IMG/VR virus record: IMGVR_UViG_3300045996_001676
Span: 1-60,793 of that record
Length of the DNA: 60,793 nucleotides
Source: a virus
Lineage: Duplodnaviria; Caudoviricetes
Strand: one strand, 5' to 3'
Translations under genes and position numbers: made by a program
Part shown: in pieces, positions 24,148 to 33,274 of the stretch
Layout: each line of letters begins with the position of its first letter
Numbering within the stretch: position 1 is the first letter of the stretch
The notes under the pieces: generated by a model
What the model saw: the letters and a program-made list of their open reading frames with translations, nothing else
Told to the model about the DNA's origin: nothing
The model's database searches: none

Positions 24148-25446
24148 ATGTCGAACGTCGAACGAGTCCAGGGAATTGTCGAGGATGGCGATCTCGCGCC
24201 GGTGTCCTCCACCGCACTTGAACAGCTCACCCGCGGGGAGATCGATATGCAGATCGCCACCGCGAAGAAGTGGCCGCGATCGCTCCAGAAATTCCGCCGC
24301 GACGCAACCTCGATGGCCATCGTCGACGTTGCCACCGCGGAGAGCTGCATTTATACGCTCAAGCGCCGCGACAAGGGCGGCAGCAAGTCGATCACCGGCC
24401 CCTCTATCCGCCTTGCCGAGATCTGCGCGTCCGCGTGGGGTAACCTCCGCGCCGCCGCCCGCCACATCGGCGATGATGGAAAATTCGTCACATGCCAGGG
24501 CGTTTGCCACGATCTCGAAAACAATGTCTGCATCTCGACCGAAACCAAGCGCCGCGTTACGACCAGGGAAGGCCATCGCTATTCCGACGACATGATCGGA
24601 ACGACGATTAACGCCGCCGCCTCGATCGCGTTGCGCAATGCTATTCTGCGCGTGATCCCCCGCTCTTACGTCGATCAGATTTTTAATCAGGCAGTCAAAG
24701 TCGCCATCGGCACCGGCGCCACCCTCGACGCCCGCCGCGAGAAGATCCTCAAGGATATTGCCGCGCTGGGCATTTCGGACGCCCGTATCCTCGCCGCCGT
24801 TGGCAAGCACGCACTCGCCGATATCGGCCTGGAAGAGCTGGCGATCCTGGTAGGCCTCGCCTCGCAGGTCCGGGATGAGCAAATGTCGCTTGAAGATGCT
24901 TTCCCCACCCCGGGCGCCACAACCCCGCCCGACCAGCGCCCGACGCGCGGCGAGGCGATCATCTCCAAGATTCAGGCGCGGCCCCAGGCCCCCGCCACCG
25001 GCGAGCCGCAGCGCAGCGATGCAAAGCCCGTCGACGATCTCCCCACGTGGGAGGAGCTGGAAACGTTCGACCTTTCCTCCATCCCCGAAACCATCGACGG
25101 CGGAGGGTTTGGCGTTGTCGTTGTGCACGGCGACGGCCGCGTATTGAAACCCGATGGCCAGTGGTCCACCGCCGAAGACTTCCAGGGCTATACCGCTACC
25201 GCCGCCAGCATGGACCTCGCCGACGCCCAAGCCCGCAGGATCGCCGTCGCTGCCGTCAAAGCCGCGGCAGACGCGGCACCCGCCCCCGCGGCACCCGAAA
25301 CGCCGCCGCCTGAACCGGAACCGACGCCGCCTGAAGCGCCGACGCCCCCCCAGGCCCCCGCAGCGCCCGCGCCAGCCACGCCGCCCGCTCCGCCCCCTGA
25401 ACCGCCCCAGACCGTCCGCGGCAAGCGCCCAGGGGCCCGCCAGTAA
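24148..25446 (+). CDS. Putative single-strand annealing protein (exonuclease partner) with Pro/Ala-rich tail
   Basis: Directly after YqaJ; 'EIDMQIATAKKWPR', 'GPSIRLAE', 'SIALRNAILRVIP'; function inferred from context. Confidence 0.6.
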   Translation: MSNVERVQGIVEDGDLAPVSSTALEQLTRGEIDMQIATAKKWPRSLQKFRRDATSMAIVDVATAESCIYTLKRRDKGGSKSITGPSIRLAEICASAWGNLRAAARHIGDDGKFVTCQGVCHDLENNVCISTETKRRVTTREGHRYSDDMIGTTINAAASIALRNAILRVIPRSYVDQIFNQAVKVAIGTGATLDARREKILKDIAALGISDARILAAVGKHALADIGLEELAILVGLASQVRDEQMSLEDAFPTPGATTPPDQRPTRGEAIISKIQARPQAPATGEPQRSDAKPVDDLPTWEELETFDLSSIPETIDGGGFGVVVVHGDGRVLKPDGQWSTAEDFQGYTATAASMDLADAQARRIAVAAVKAAADAAPAPAAPETPPPEPEPTPPEAPTPPQAPAAPAPATPPAPPPEPPQTVRGKRPGARQ

Positions 25447-25481
25447 CCCCCTACCCGGCTTCCCGGGAGATAAGCACCCGG

Positions 25482-25594
25482 GCGCCCGGGATCTCTGGCG
25501 AGGATCCCAATGGGCGTAATTGAGCCAGCCCCGACGCTCATCGGATGAGCAACCCCCCGCAGGGGTTTCGCCGGTTCGACTCCGGCCGGGCGCT
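25482..25594 (+). ncRNA. tRNA-like RNA with canonical acceptor stem and T-arm but a non-canonical middle
   Basis: GCGCCCG(25482-88)/CGGGCGC(25587-93); T-arm GCCGG-TTCGACT-CCGGC; intergenic. Confidence 0.6.
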
Positions 25595-25634
25595 TTTGTG
25601 ATCACACCATTTCTCTTTTCTGGAGATCCCCCAC

Positions 25635-26606
25635 ATGACCGCCGTCGACACTCTCCCCCCATCAGCCCCCCTCCGCGAGCTCACCGCGGCGGAGTCGCTG
25701 TACCTCGAACGCCGCCCCGCCGTGCTGGCCGCGCTCGAAAACGTCACCCTCGCAAAAACCGAGCTCGCCCAGGCCCTCGCCGACAAGGAGGAGGCGTCGA
25801 AGCGCCACAAGGGAAAGGAGGCCGCGCTTGAACTCGCGTGGGAGGCGCTAGAAGCCGCTGAACGTGGCGCCGCCGCCGCCTCTGTGCCGACGCCGCTTTT
25901 TGACAACGGCAACGCGGCACCCGATCCCCTCGCTATCGCCGCTTGGGATCAGCAGTGGGCGAAATTCCTCGCGAAAGATATCGACGCTGGACTCCCCGAC
26001 CTTGACCAGGGCATCGTTTCCACCCTCTCCGCCGCCCGTATCGACACGATCGGCCAGCTGTGCGACGTTAAGCGCGACAACCCCACCGCCGGATATACCT
26101 CCATCGACGGCATCGGCGAGGCGAAGGCAGACGCGATCGACAAGGCCTATGATGCGGCGCTCGCCGAATTTCTCCGCGTCCACCCCAACCCCAGGCCCAG
26201 GGAAACCCCCGCGGCCGAGTCCCCCGCGGTGGATCCGGGATCGATCGATTTCGTCGGTGTGTTCCCCTCTCCCCTCTCTCAGGATCCCGGCGAATCGTTC
26301 GACGCCGCCTATCACAAAACCGTGATCGATGGCGCCGTTGAGGCACTCCACGACATCCGACGCGATAATGCCTCGATCGCCACCGGCACCAAGAACGGCA
26401 AGAAACTCACCGACAAGCAGATCGAAAAACTCCGCAGCGCCGTCGCCGAGACGGAGCTCAATTACAACGAAGGTTTCGCGATTTACGCCGAGAAATTCGG
26501 CAAGATCGCCGCCGATAAACTTCGCGCGCACGTTGAGGCCCAAGTCGACCAGGATCTCGCCGCGGCACCCGCCGACGCCGAGCTCCGCGGCGGCCTGGAA
26601 GCATAA
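25635..26606 (+). CDS. Hypothetical protein with coiled coil and helix-hairpin-helix / alpha-CTD-like motif
   Basis: 323 aa; 'LSAARIDTIGQL...IDGIGEAKADAI'. Confidence 0.6.
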   Translation: MTAVDTLPPSAPLRELTAAESLYLERRPAVLAALENVTLAKTELAQALADKEEASKRHKGKEAALELAWEALEAAERGAAAASVPTPLFDNGNAAPDPLAIAAWDQQWAKFLAKDIDAGLPDLDQGIVSTLSAARIDTIGQLCDVKRDNPTAGYTSIDGIGEAKADAIDKAYDAALAEFLRVHPNPRPRETPAAESPAVDPGSIDFVGVFPSPLSQDPGESFDAAYHKTVIDGAVEALHDIRRDNASIATGTKNGKKLTDKQIEKLRSAVAETELNYNEGFAIYAEKFGKIAADKLRAHVEAQVDQDLAAAPADAELRGGLEA

Positions 26607-26674
26607 ATTTACCCTTCCTTGCCCCGGGGCGATCTCACTCCCGAATCGCCCCGGGCTCACTTGGGGGCGCTCTC

Positions 26675-26905
26675 ATGTCTGACTTTTTCTCACCGCGCGA
26701 ATACCGCGAGCTCTTGGCCGATTGGTCGACCGGCCTCCAGTTCATTCTTGACCTACATACCGCAGCTGGATTGCCTACAGATCAGAGGCTCGCATCGCCG
26801 CAGCTGCTTTGCTCGACGATCCACGCGCAGGCCATCGCCGCAAAAAAACTTACAGAAGTGCAGAGGCAGCAGGCCTATACGACAATCCGACAAAATAATC
26901 CTTGA
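26675..26905 (+). CDS. Hypothetical protein
   Basis: 76 aa ORF filling the gap, GGGGG RBS-like. Confidence 0.45.
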   Translation: MSDFFSPREYRELLADWSTGLQFILDLHTAAGLPTDQRLASPQLLCSTIHAQAIAAKKLTEVQRQQAYTTIRQNNP

Positions 26906-27111
26906 CCACCTCTGCTTTGGGTGTACTCTGCTCATGTGCTCAACTCGTCACCAAAAAGGGGAGTCGCATCTCCCCACAAAAAATATGGTTGTTCCGTGTT
27001 GCGGTCATCTGGTTTCCCTCCCGGTGGATTTCACCCCCACCGCTCCCTTTTTGGAAATTAGTTGAGCACAACCCAGCACGGAACAACCTCCCTTTTCCTG
27101 GAGTCGTGGAG
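26902..27111 (+). promoter_or_regulatory. Promoter plus long structured (pseudoknot-capable) 5' leader of the replication gene
   Basis: TTGACC-N16-TACTCT; pairings 26935-45/27060-70, 26951-63/27043-54 and 26987-27001/27074-88. Confidence 0.65.
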
Positions 27112-28248
27112 ATGCCGAAAACAGCTTATAAAATCCGGGGGTGGGATGAGTTATACGAAAACAATCGAACGCGCCGCATGAAATTCATGCAATGGATCCC
27201 CGTCCCCAACAAGCACGACGGGGACGGCTATATCCAGCTGGTCGACGGCCCCGAATCGGCCGAGATGCTGGGGGCATGGCTGGCGATCCTGCAAGTCGCG
27301 AGCAAGTGCCCAATACGCGGGAAATTGGTCCGCGGGAGCGGCCAACCCCACGACGCCGAGAGCATCTCAACTATCACCAGGATACCCGCCGAATCGATCC
27401 AAAAGGCGTTGGATAAATGCAGCTCCCGGGCGATCGGCTGGCTTGAAATTTTTACCCTTCCCGACGTCAAACTCCCCCCCGAAAAACACCCCCCAGGCAT
27501 ACCAGACAAAACCCTAGAAGGTCACGCGCGTGACCAGGATCGCGCACTCTCCGCGCACTCTCCGCGCACTTTGGGCGCACCCGACTGCCCAGACCCCTCT
27601 TCCACCCCCTCGAACGACGCGCAACTCTATGCGGGCGCAACAATAGCAGGCGCGTGTCCACCTCCGCGCACTTTGGGCGCACTCTCGGCGCACCCAACTG
27701 ACGAAGAACGGAACGGAACGGAACGGAACGGAAGAGAAAGAAAACCCCCTATCCCCCTTGGGGGGGAGCATGACGAAAACCAACCCGGGGAAGACGACGA
27801 CGGGGAGGTGAAGGATTGGCCAGCATTCCGCGCAGCGTGGGAGGCATTCGACCGCTGGAGTTTGTCGGCGACGAAATACCCGCTGCGCCTCGCCGTCGGG
27901 GAGGAGCGGCACGTTTGGAAATTGATCAAAGCCCTGAACGGCCAACCGCCGATTATTCACGGAGGGGCGCCAGTGCCCCAGTGCCTGCTCATCCCAAAAG
28001 CCGCCGATGTGCTCATGGCGAAATCTGTCGACTTTCGAAAATTGCCTTGGGCGTGCAAATGCGTTTTGAATCTCCTGGACGAGTGGGCGAAAACGGGAAT
28101 GAAAGATGCGCCGCCGACGGTCGACCGCTTCGGCAAGGCGATGGCACCGAAGACCGTCGACTACTCCGCGGAGCGCGCGGCGAATGAGAAATCCGCCCAG
28201 GAGCTCGGCGCCGTCATTTTCTCAAAACGCAAGGGATCCGCGTCGTGA
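27112..28248 (+). CDS. Replication initiator protein (lambda O-like organisation)
   Basis: 378 aa from MPKTAY, directly upstream of DnaB; wHTH-like N-terminus, low-complexity linker carrying DNA repeats. Confidence 0.7.
   Translation: MPKTAYKIRGWDELYENNRTRRMKFMQWIPVPNKHDGDGYIQLVDGPESAEMLGAWLAILQVASKCPIRGKLVRGSGQPHDAESISTITRIPAESIQKALDKCSSRAIGWLEIFTLPDVKLPPEKHPPGIPDKTLEGHARDQDRALSAHSPRTLGAPDCPDPSSTPSNDAQLYAGATIAGACPPPRTLGALSAHPTDEERNGTERNGRERKPPIPLGGEHDENQPGEDDDGEVKDWPAFRAAWEAFDRWSLSATKYPLRLAVGEERHVWKLIKALNGQPPIIHGGAPVPQCLLIPKAADVLMAKSVDFRKLPWACKCVLNLLDEWAKTGMKDAPPTVDRFGKAMAPKTVDYSAERAANEKSAQELGAVIFSKRKGSAS
27541..27733. repeat. Iteron-like repeats / putative replication origin
   Basis: 11-bp-period GCGCAC-core repeats at 27541-27580 and 27664-27693, then (GAACG)x5 at 27706-27730 and a purine tract. 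Confidence 0.65.
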
Positions 28249-29813
28249 ACGAGCCCAAGCGAAAATCTCTGCAACCCGGGGCCCCCGCCGCCACCCCAGC
28301 GCCGCGGCCCGCACCAAAGCCCCAGGCACAGCCCGCCAAGCCCAAGGCGACGACGGCACGGCCGCGGAAGGCCCAGGAGCCTCCAACCGAACGGACAACC
28401 GCCGATAGCGTCGCTGGCCTCCGGATCCCGCCCCACGATCTCGCCGCTGAGGCCGGAGTGTTGGGATCCGTGATCCTCGACCCGCAAACACTGGGCACCG
28501 CGCGAATGTTCATTCACTCGCCCGATTATTTTTTCAAAGAGGAAAACCGCATTATTTTCCGCGTGCTCTGCGAGCTGGAAGACGCGCGGACGTCGATCGA
28601 CGCGATGATCCTACGCTCCGCGCTTATAACGCTGAATCTGCTGGAAGTCGTGGGGGGTATCGAGTACATCGTCGAGCTCGCAAACGCCGTCCCCACCTCC
28701 GCGCACGCCGAAGCATACGCCGCCATCGTCGCCGAAAAATACAAGCTGCGCCAGCTGATTTCCGCCTGCACCGCCACGATTCGCGACGCATACGAAGAAG
28801 TGGACGTAAAGGGCGGCGCTGCGGCCGTTGTCGACAAAGCTATGGGGCGCATGTTCGAAGTCGCGGCCAGTAGCGTCAAAAATTTCCCGCGGCGCATGTC
28901 GGAAGTGATGCCCGATTACCTGGAGAGTCTGAGCGCCGCCGAACAAGTCGCGAGCGGCCTGCCGACGGGTTATACCGGCGTCGATCGCCTGCTCAACGGG
29001 GGCGGCCTCCAGAACGGCGAGTTAATCCTCATCGCCGCGCGGCCGTCGGTTGGAAAGACCAGCTTTGCAACCGGGATCCTGGAATCCGTCTGCATCGATC
29101 GCAACAAGCCCGCGGCCTTTTTCTCGCTCGAAATGGACGCCCGATCGATCGCGCAGCGACTACTCTCCACACGCTCCGCCGTCGATTCGAAGCGACTCCG
29201 GAAACAGGAGCTCACCGCGGCCGAGCGTGATCGGCTGGCCAGCGCCGCCGGTGAATCGTGCTGTCCGAATTGGTGGATAGACGACACTTCAAGTATTAGT
29301 TTTGTCGAGCTGCGCACGAAGGCGCTGCGCCTCCGTCAACAACACGCAATCGAGCTTCTGGTCGTGGATTATCTCGGGCTCATGGAATCGATCGGCGAGA
29401 ACCGGAACGACAACCGCAACGACGAAGTGGGGCGCCTATCGAGAGCACTCAAGGGCCTTGCCCGCGAGCTCCAGATCCCCGTGATTGTGCTCTCGCAGCT
29501 GAATCGAAAATGCGAGGATGAACAACGATCACCCCGCGCCAGTGATCTGCGCGACTCCGGCAACCTGGAGCAAGACGCCGACGTGATTATCCTCCTCCAT
29601 CGCGAGGCGGTGTATCACCGCGGCGATCCCATGTGGGCGGAGAACAACCCTGAACGCTTGCACGAGGCGCAGGTGATCATCGCCAAACAGCGCAACGGCG
29701 CTGTGGATGTGATCCAACTGCAATATTTCCCGTGGTGCACCCGGTTTGTCAATCTTGAAGAACCGGCCGCACCTGCCCCACTATACGAGGAATCTACGAA
29801 AGGCGGTGCGTGA
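28245..29813 (+). CDS. dnaB: Replicative DNA helicase
   Basis: 'PPHDLAAEAGVLGS', 'IAARPSVGKT', 'FSLEM', 'VVDYLGLM', 'LSQLNR', 'DLRDSGNLEQDAD', 'AKQRNG'. Confidence 0.97.
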   Translation: MNEPKRKSLQPGAPAATPAPRPAPKPQAQPAKPKATTARPRKAQEPPTERTTADSVAGLRIPPHDLAAEAGVLGSVILDPQTLGTARMFIHSPDYFFKEENRIIFRVLCELEDARTSIDAMILRSALITLNLLEVVGGIEYIVELANAVPTSAHAEAYAAIVAEKYKLRQLISACTATIRDAYEEVDVKGGAAAVVDKAMGRMFEVAASSVKNFPRRMSEVMPDYLESLSAAEQVASGLPTGYTGVDRLLNGGGLQNGELILIAARPSVGKTSFATGILESVCIDRNKPAAFFSLEMDARSIAQRLLSTRSAVDSKRLRKQELTAAERDRLASAAGESCCPNWWIDDTSSISFVELRTKALRLRQQHAIELLVVDYLGLMESIGENRNDNRNDEVGRLSRALKGLARELQIPVIVLSQLNRKCEDEQRSPRASDLRDSGNLEQDADVIILLHREAVYHRGDPMWAENNPERLHEAQVIIAKQRNGAVDVIQLQYFPWCTRFVNLEEPAAPAPLYEESTKGGA

Positions 29814-30043
29814 TGGGATACACCCCAACAGACATAGCGGGCATGATGAATGCTCACAAAACGGTAGTTAACGACCTCTGCGCCCAACTTGCCACATCAC
29901 TGATAGACGGGCGTCGCCGTGGGTTGGAGGAGGCACTTAAATATTGCAATGAGGCTGCTTCTGCCTGTCGTCCCGAAGACGCCTTGGCGGCGGTTATGTT
30001 TATCCTCAACGAGGAAATCAAAAAGGCGAAAGGCGGTGCGTGA
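29810..30043 (+). CDS. Small hypothetical cassette protein
   Basis: 77 aa flanked by the repeated CGAAAGGCGGTGCGTGATG junction. Confidence 0.55.
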   Translation: MMGYTPTDIAGMMNAHKTVVNDLCAQLATSLIDGRRRGLEEALKYCNEAASACRPEDALAAVMFILNEEIKKAKGGA

Positions 30044-30065
30044 TGAACCCTGTGGAGGTGAAGTG

Positions 30066-30743
30066 ATGAGACGCCAGAAGATTAAGACATCCCATCCACA
30101 TCATCCAGTAACGATGCCTACCGACCGTTCTCAAATGATTGAGCGTGCGAATTCTGCGGATGATGGTTGCATCTCGGCTGGCGGCGTCTTTGTCGGCGAC
30201 GCCGACCTCCGCGCCCAGCTCGCCACCGTGACGAAGGAACGGGATGAATTAAGTCAGATGCGGGTTCCGATGGTGAGGCGCGCAACTGGACGCACGATTC
30301 CAGACCTCACTAAACGTGAGCATGTGTGTGAATATCAAGGTGCCATTAATGCAGCACAACATAGGCGGGACGAGTACATGGGTGATGCGTCAACACTGGT
30401 GTATGGTGCGGGAGGATTAAAGGACCTCCGCGCCAAACTCTCCGCCATGACGCGCGAGCGGGACGAGCTGCGGGCGGGTAAGTTGGTCGCCGATGAACGT
30501 CATCGGCAAATCGCAAAGGGATATGACGCGGCGCATGACGACGCCCACACAAAAGGAGAAATTGCGCATGCGGTGGAGGATGCACTCCATGATTATAACT
30601 GGCCGAATCATCCACCACGGTCTTTGTGGGTCCGTAGAGAACATGACCCAATTCGGTCTTTGATTATTTTCGCGGCCATGCTCGTGGCAGAAGCTGAACG
30701 GCTTGAACGTGCCGCCCTCGCCGCGAAAGGCGGTGGGAAGTGA
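30066..30743 (+). CDS. Modular coiled-coil hypothetical protein (Ead/Ea22-like organisation)
   Basis: Two 'DLRA.L...T.ERDEL' modules; C-terminal 'ERHRQIAKGYDAAHDDAH..GE...AAMLVAEAERLER'. Confidence 0.6.
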   Translation: MRRQKIKTSHPHHPVTMPTDRSQMIERANSADDGCISAGGVFVGDADLRAQLATVTKERDELSQMRVPMVRRATGRTIPDLTKREHVCEYQGAINAAQHRRDEYMGDASTLVYGAGGLKDLRAKLSAMTRERDELRAGKLVADERHRQIAKGYDAAHDDAHTKGEIAHAVEDALHDYNWPNHPPRSLWVRREHDPIRSLIIFAAMLVAEAERLERAALAAKGGGK

Positions 30744-30955
30744 AAGTTACCTTTGCAGACCAATGGAATATCCCATGCGTGATTCCCCAGCCGGGCGAAA
30801 CCGCAGACGACGTTATGCAGCGGTGCCAAGAGGCGGGCGCAATTTATACCGGCGAAGGCGAAGAGGATTTCTGTGTCATGCTGCGGCCCGACGTTGGACC
30901 GGAAATCTACTCTGAGTCTGCCTTGCGCCGCAGTTTGAAAGGTGGTGAAAAGTGA
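30740..30955 (+). CDS. Small hypothetical protein
   Basis: 71 aa, GTGA overlaps on both sides. Confidence 0.55.
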   Translation: MKVTFADQWNIPCVIPQPGETADDVMQRCQEAGAIYTGEGEEDFCVMLRPDVGPEIYSESALRRSLKGGEK

Positions 30956-31608
30956 TAAACGCCGTTTTCCGCCCGCTGGATCCCGCCGAATGGCCAGGGA
31001 AGACGACCCCGCATGATCGCCGGAAAGGCACCCTGCATTTCTCTGCGAAGTGGCCGGATACCCTCGACAAGCTGGAGAAAGAGCTCCGGTTTCTGCGGGC
31101 TCAAAATATCGTCGTGCAGATCCAGACCACGCTCGACGAAATCCGAAACGACGGATGGCCGCGATCGAATGCCCGGATTACCGGCCCGCTGGCCGCGGTG
31201 TCGTTCGGGAGCAAGTACGGCCAGCTGCAATATTTTTGTGACGACTGCCACGACTGGCAGCACAATATACGCTGCATCGCGCTCACCCTGGAGCGCCTCC
31301 GCATGGCTGAAATGTACGGCGTGGTGCGCCGCGGCGAGCAATACCAGGGCTTCAAGCGCCTACCCTCTGGGATCCCCGTCGGCCCGGCCTCGCCCGACGA
31401 CATGACGCTCGACGATGCTGTAGCTTTTGTCGTCACCGTCGGCGGCGGAGATCCGTCGCTCATCCGCTCGCAAGCCGAGTATTTTCAGCAAAGCTATCGG
31501 CGTGCCGTGATGGCGTGTCACCCCGACCGGCACCCGGCGCTTGCCGCGGAATTCCAGAAGCTTCAACGCGCAAAAGATATCCTCAGCCGCCACCACAACA
31601 TCAGGTAA
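30952..31608 (+). CDS. Phage protein with C-terminal truncated J-domain
   Basis: 'YRRAVMACHPDRH...EFQKLQRAKDIL' HPD motif; 'NIRCIALTLERLR..EMYGV...QYQGFKRLP' conserved core. Confidence 0.8.
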   Translation: MINAVFRPLDPAEWPGKTTPHDRRKGTLHFSAKWPDTLDKLEKELRFLRAQNIVVQIQTTLDEIRNDGWPRSNARITGPLAAVSFGSKYGQLQYFCDDCHDWQHNIRCIALTLERLRMAEMYGVVRRGEQYQGFKRLPSGIPVGPASPDDMTLDDAVAFVVTVGGGDPSLIRSQAEYFQQSYRRAVMACHPDRHPALAAEFQKLQRAKDILSRHHNIR

Positions 31609-31612
31609 AACT

Positions 31613-32461
31613 ATGCCTCAATACCGCCTGATCACCGGCGACGCGCTCGCGACGAAACTCCCCTCGCAATCCGTCGACCTTGTTTTCGGAAGCCCCCCCT
31701 ATGAGTCGCAGCGCACGTATGGGATGGGTTTCGATCTGCGCGGCGATGCGTGGGTGGATTGGATGGCGCAGGGCTTCCAGGAGTGGAGCCGCGTTTGCCG
31801 CGGGCTCGTGGCGATGGTAGTCGAGGGATTCACCGATGATTACCAGTGGAGCGCAACGCCCGCCCTATTGCTGGCGAAGCTGCATCGCCAAGGCTTAAAC
31901 CTCCGCAAGCCGCCGATTTTTCACCGTGTCGGAATCCCTGGATCCGGCGGCCCCGATTGGCTCCGGAACGATTTCGAATTCATCGTTTGCACCACGCCGC
32001 CCGGGAAACTCCCCTGGAGCGACAACACCGCGGCCGGTCACCCGCCGAAGTTTGAGCCCGGCGGCCAGATCTCGCACCGCACGAAAGACGGCACCCGGCA
32101 CAACATGACGCACGACCAGCCCGGCGGGTACACCCCGCCCGCGATGGCCAACCCGGGGAACGTGATCCATTGCAAAGTTGGCGGGGGCCTCATGGGGCAC
32201 GATCTCGCTCACGCGAACGTCGCGCCTTTCCCGCTCAAGCTGGCAGATTTTTTCGTGCGATCATTCTGCCCCCCGGGGGGCGTCGTGCTGGATCCATTCG
32301 TCGGCAGTGGAACCACGATCGACGCCGCCTACCGCGCCGGTCGCAACGCGATCGGTATCGACAAGCGATACAGCCAAATTTGCTTATCCACCCGCCGCAT
32401 GAGATCCGTCGTGGAAGCCGTCGCCGCAGCTGAACCGGCTAAAACAAAGGGAGCCGCGTAA
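31613..32461 (+). CDS. DNA methyltransferase (N4-C/N6-A, beta class)
   Basis: 'VDLVFGSPPY' catalytic motif precedes 'VVLDPFVGSGTT' SAM-binding motif. Confidence 0.9.
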   Translation: MPQYRLITGDALATKLPSQSVDLVFGSPPYESQRTYGMGFDLRGDAWVDWMAQGFQEWSRVCRGLVAMVVEGFTDDYQWSATPALLLAKLHRQGLNLRKPPIFHRVGIPGSGGPDWLRNDFEFIVCTTPPGKLPWSDNTAAGHPPKFEPGGQISHRTKDGTRHNMTHDQPGGYTPPAMANPGNVIHCKVGGGLMGHDLAHANVAPFPLKLADFFVRSFCPPGGVVLDPFVGSGTTIDAAYRAGRNAIGIDKRYSQICLSTRRMRSVVEAVAAAEPAKTKGAA

Positions 32462-32775
32462 TGATCCCGACCTCGATCGACTATCGCTCAGATGCGATTT
32501 TCCCCATCGGCCGCACCGATATCTTTCTGGGCCTCGTGCCGGTCGCCTGGGTGGAGCGATTTATCGACGTCGACTCGTGCGAGCTCAACATCACCACATT
32601 GAGCCACGGGCAGACCGATCACAGGAGCCTCATGGTTAGTCCCTCGATTGTCGAATCGCTCCGAATGGTGCGCGGATTTCTGAGCCGCACCAAAACGCCA
32701 ACGGTGAAGTTTTCAGATCTCCAGATCGCGCATCGAGAGAATTCGCGGCGCACGTGGGCGGAGGCGCACGCATGA
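32461..32775 (+). CDS. Hypothetical protein
   Basis: 104 aa, TAATG coupling. Confidence 0.55.
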   Translation: MIPTSIDYRSDAIFPIGRTDIFLGLVPVAWVERFIDVDSCELNITTLSHGQTDHRSLMVSPSIVESLRMVRGFLSRTKTPTVKFSDLQIAHRENSRRTWAEAHA

Positions 32776-32849
32776 GAAATATGATCATGGTAATAATTTA
32801 GGTAATAATTCACTTGCGTTTGCAGCTAAATACTGCACCAGGAGCACAC

Positions 32850-33065
32850 ATGGACGACACCCGCCAAGTAAGTCCGGAGATCATCCGCAATCTGGCCGAA
32901 GTCCCCGACAAAATCGAGCCTCTCCGTATCCAAGTTTCCTGCTTCTCCGCCACCCGCGATCTAAACCCGCGCGCCGCCTCCGCCCTCGCCCGCGCCCACA
33001 ATCTCCTCATGGCCGCGCAGTCCGCTATCAAAGACGCCGTATCGATCCAGGGGATGAGGCGATGA
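32850..33065 (+). CDS. Hypothetical protein
   Basis: 71 aa from MDDTRQ, AGGAG RBS after an AT-rich gap. Confidence 0.55.
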   Translation: MDDTRQVSPEIIRNLAEVPDKIEPLRIQVSCFSATRDLNPRAASALARAHNLLMAAQSAIKDAVSIQGMRR

Positions 33066-33274
33066 GCGAAACGGCACGAGATCCACGCATTGACCCGCAG
33101 CCCGGCGACGAGCTCACTATTCGATACGAGCTTGCCGGAGTGGCATGTCGGGACGTCTACCGAGTTGAAAAGGTGAACGCTTTCGACGTCTGGTATTTTC
33201 GCGTGGATATCCAAAGCCGTGAGCGCATGCGAATGTGCTCATGGCGAGAAAGAATGAAGGTGGCCGAGATATGA
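33062..33274 (+). CDS. Hypothetical protein
   Basis: 70 aa 'RDPRIDPQPGD', ATGA coupling. Confidence 0.6.
   Translation: MSETARDPRIDPQPGDELTIRYELAGVACRDVYRVEKVNAFDVWYFRVDIQSRERMRMCSWRERMKVAEI

Noticed and set aside
23197-25662. 821-aa minus-strand ORF
   Set aside because: Antisense shadow of the YqaJ and annealing genes in GC-rich DNA; no motifs, Gly/Arg-biased.
27706-27733. (GAACG)n tract or 11-bp repeats as a CRISPR array
   Set aside because: No unique spacers and no cas genes; lies within a coding linker and is better explained as origin-associated repeats.
32789-32810. GGTAATAATT direct repeat in an AT-rich gap
   Set aside because: Only two copies, not seen elsewhere; possibly regulatory but unsupported.
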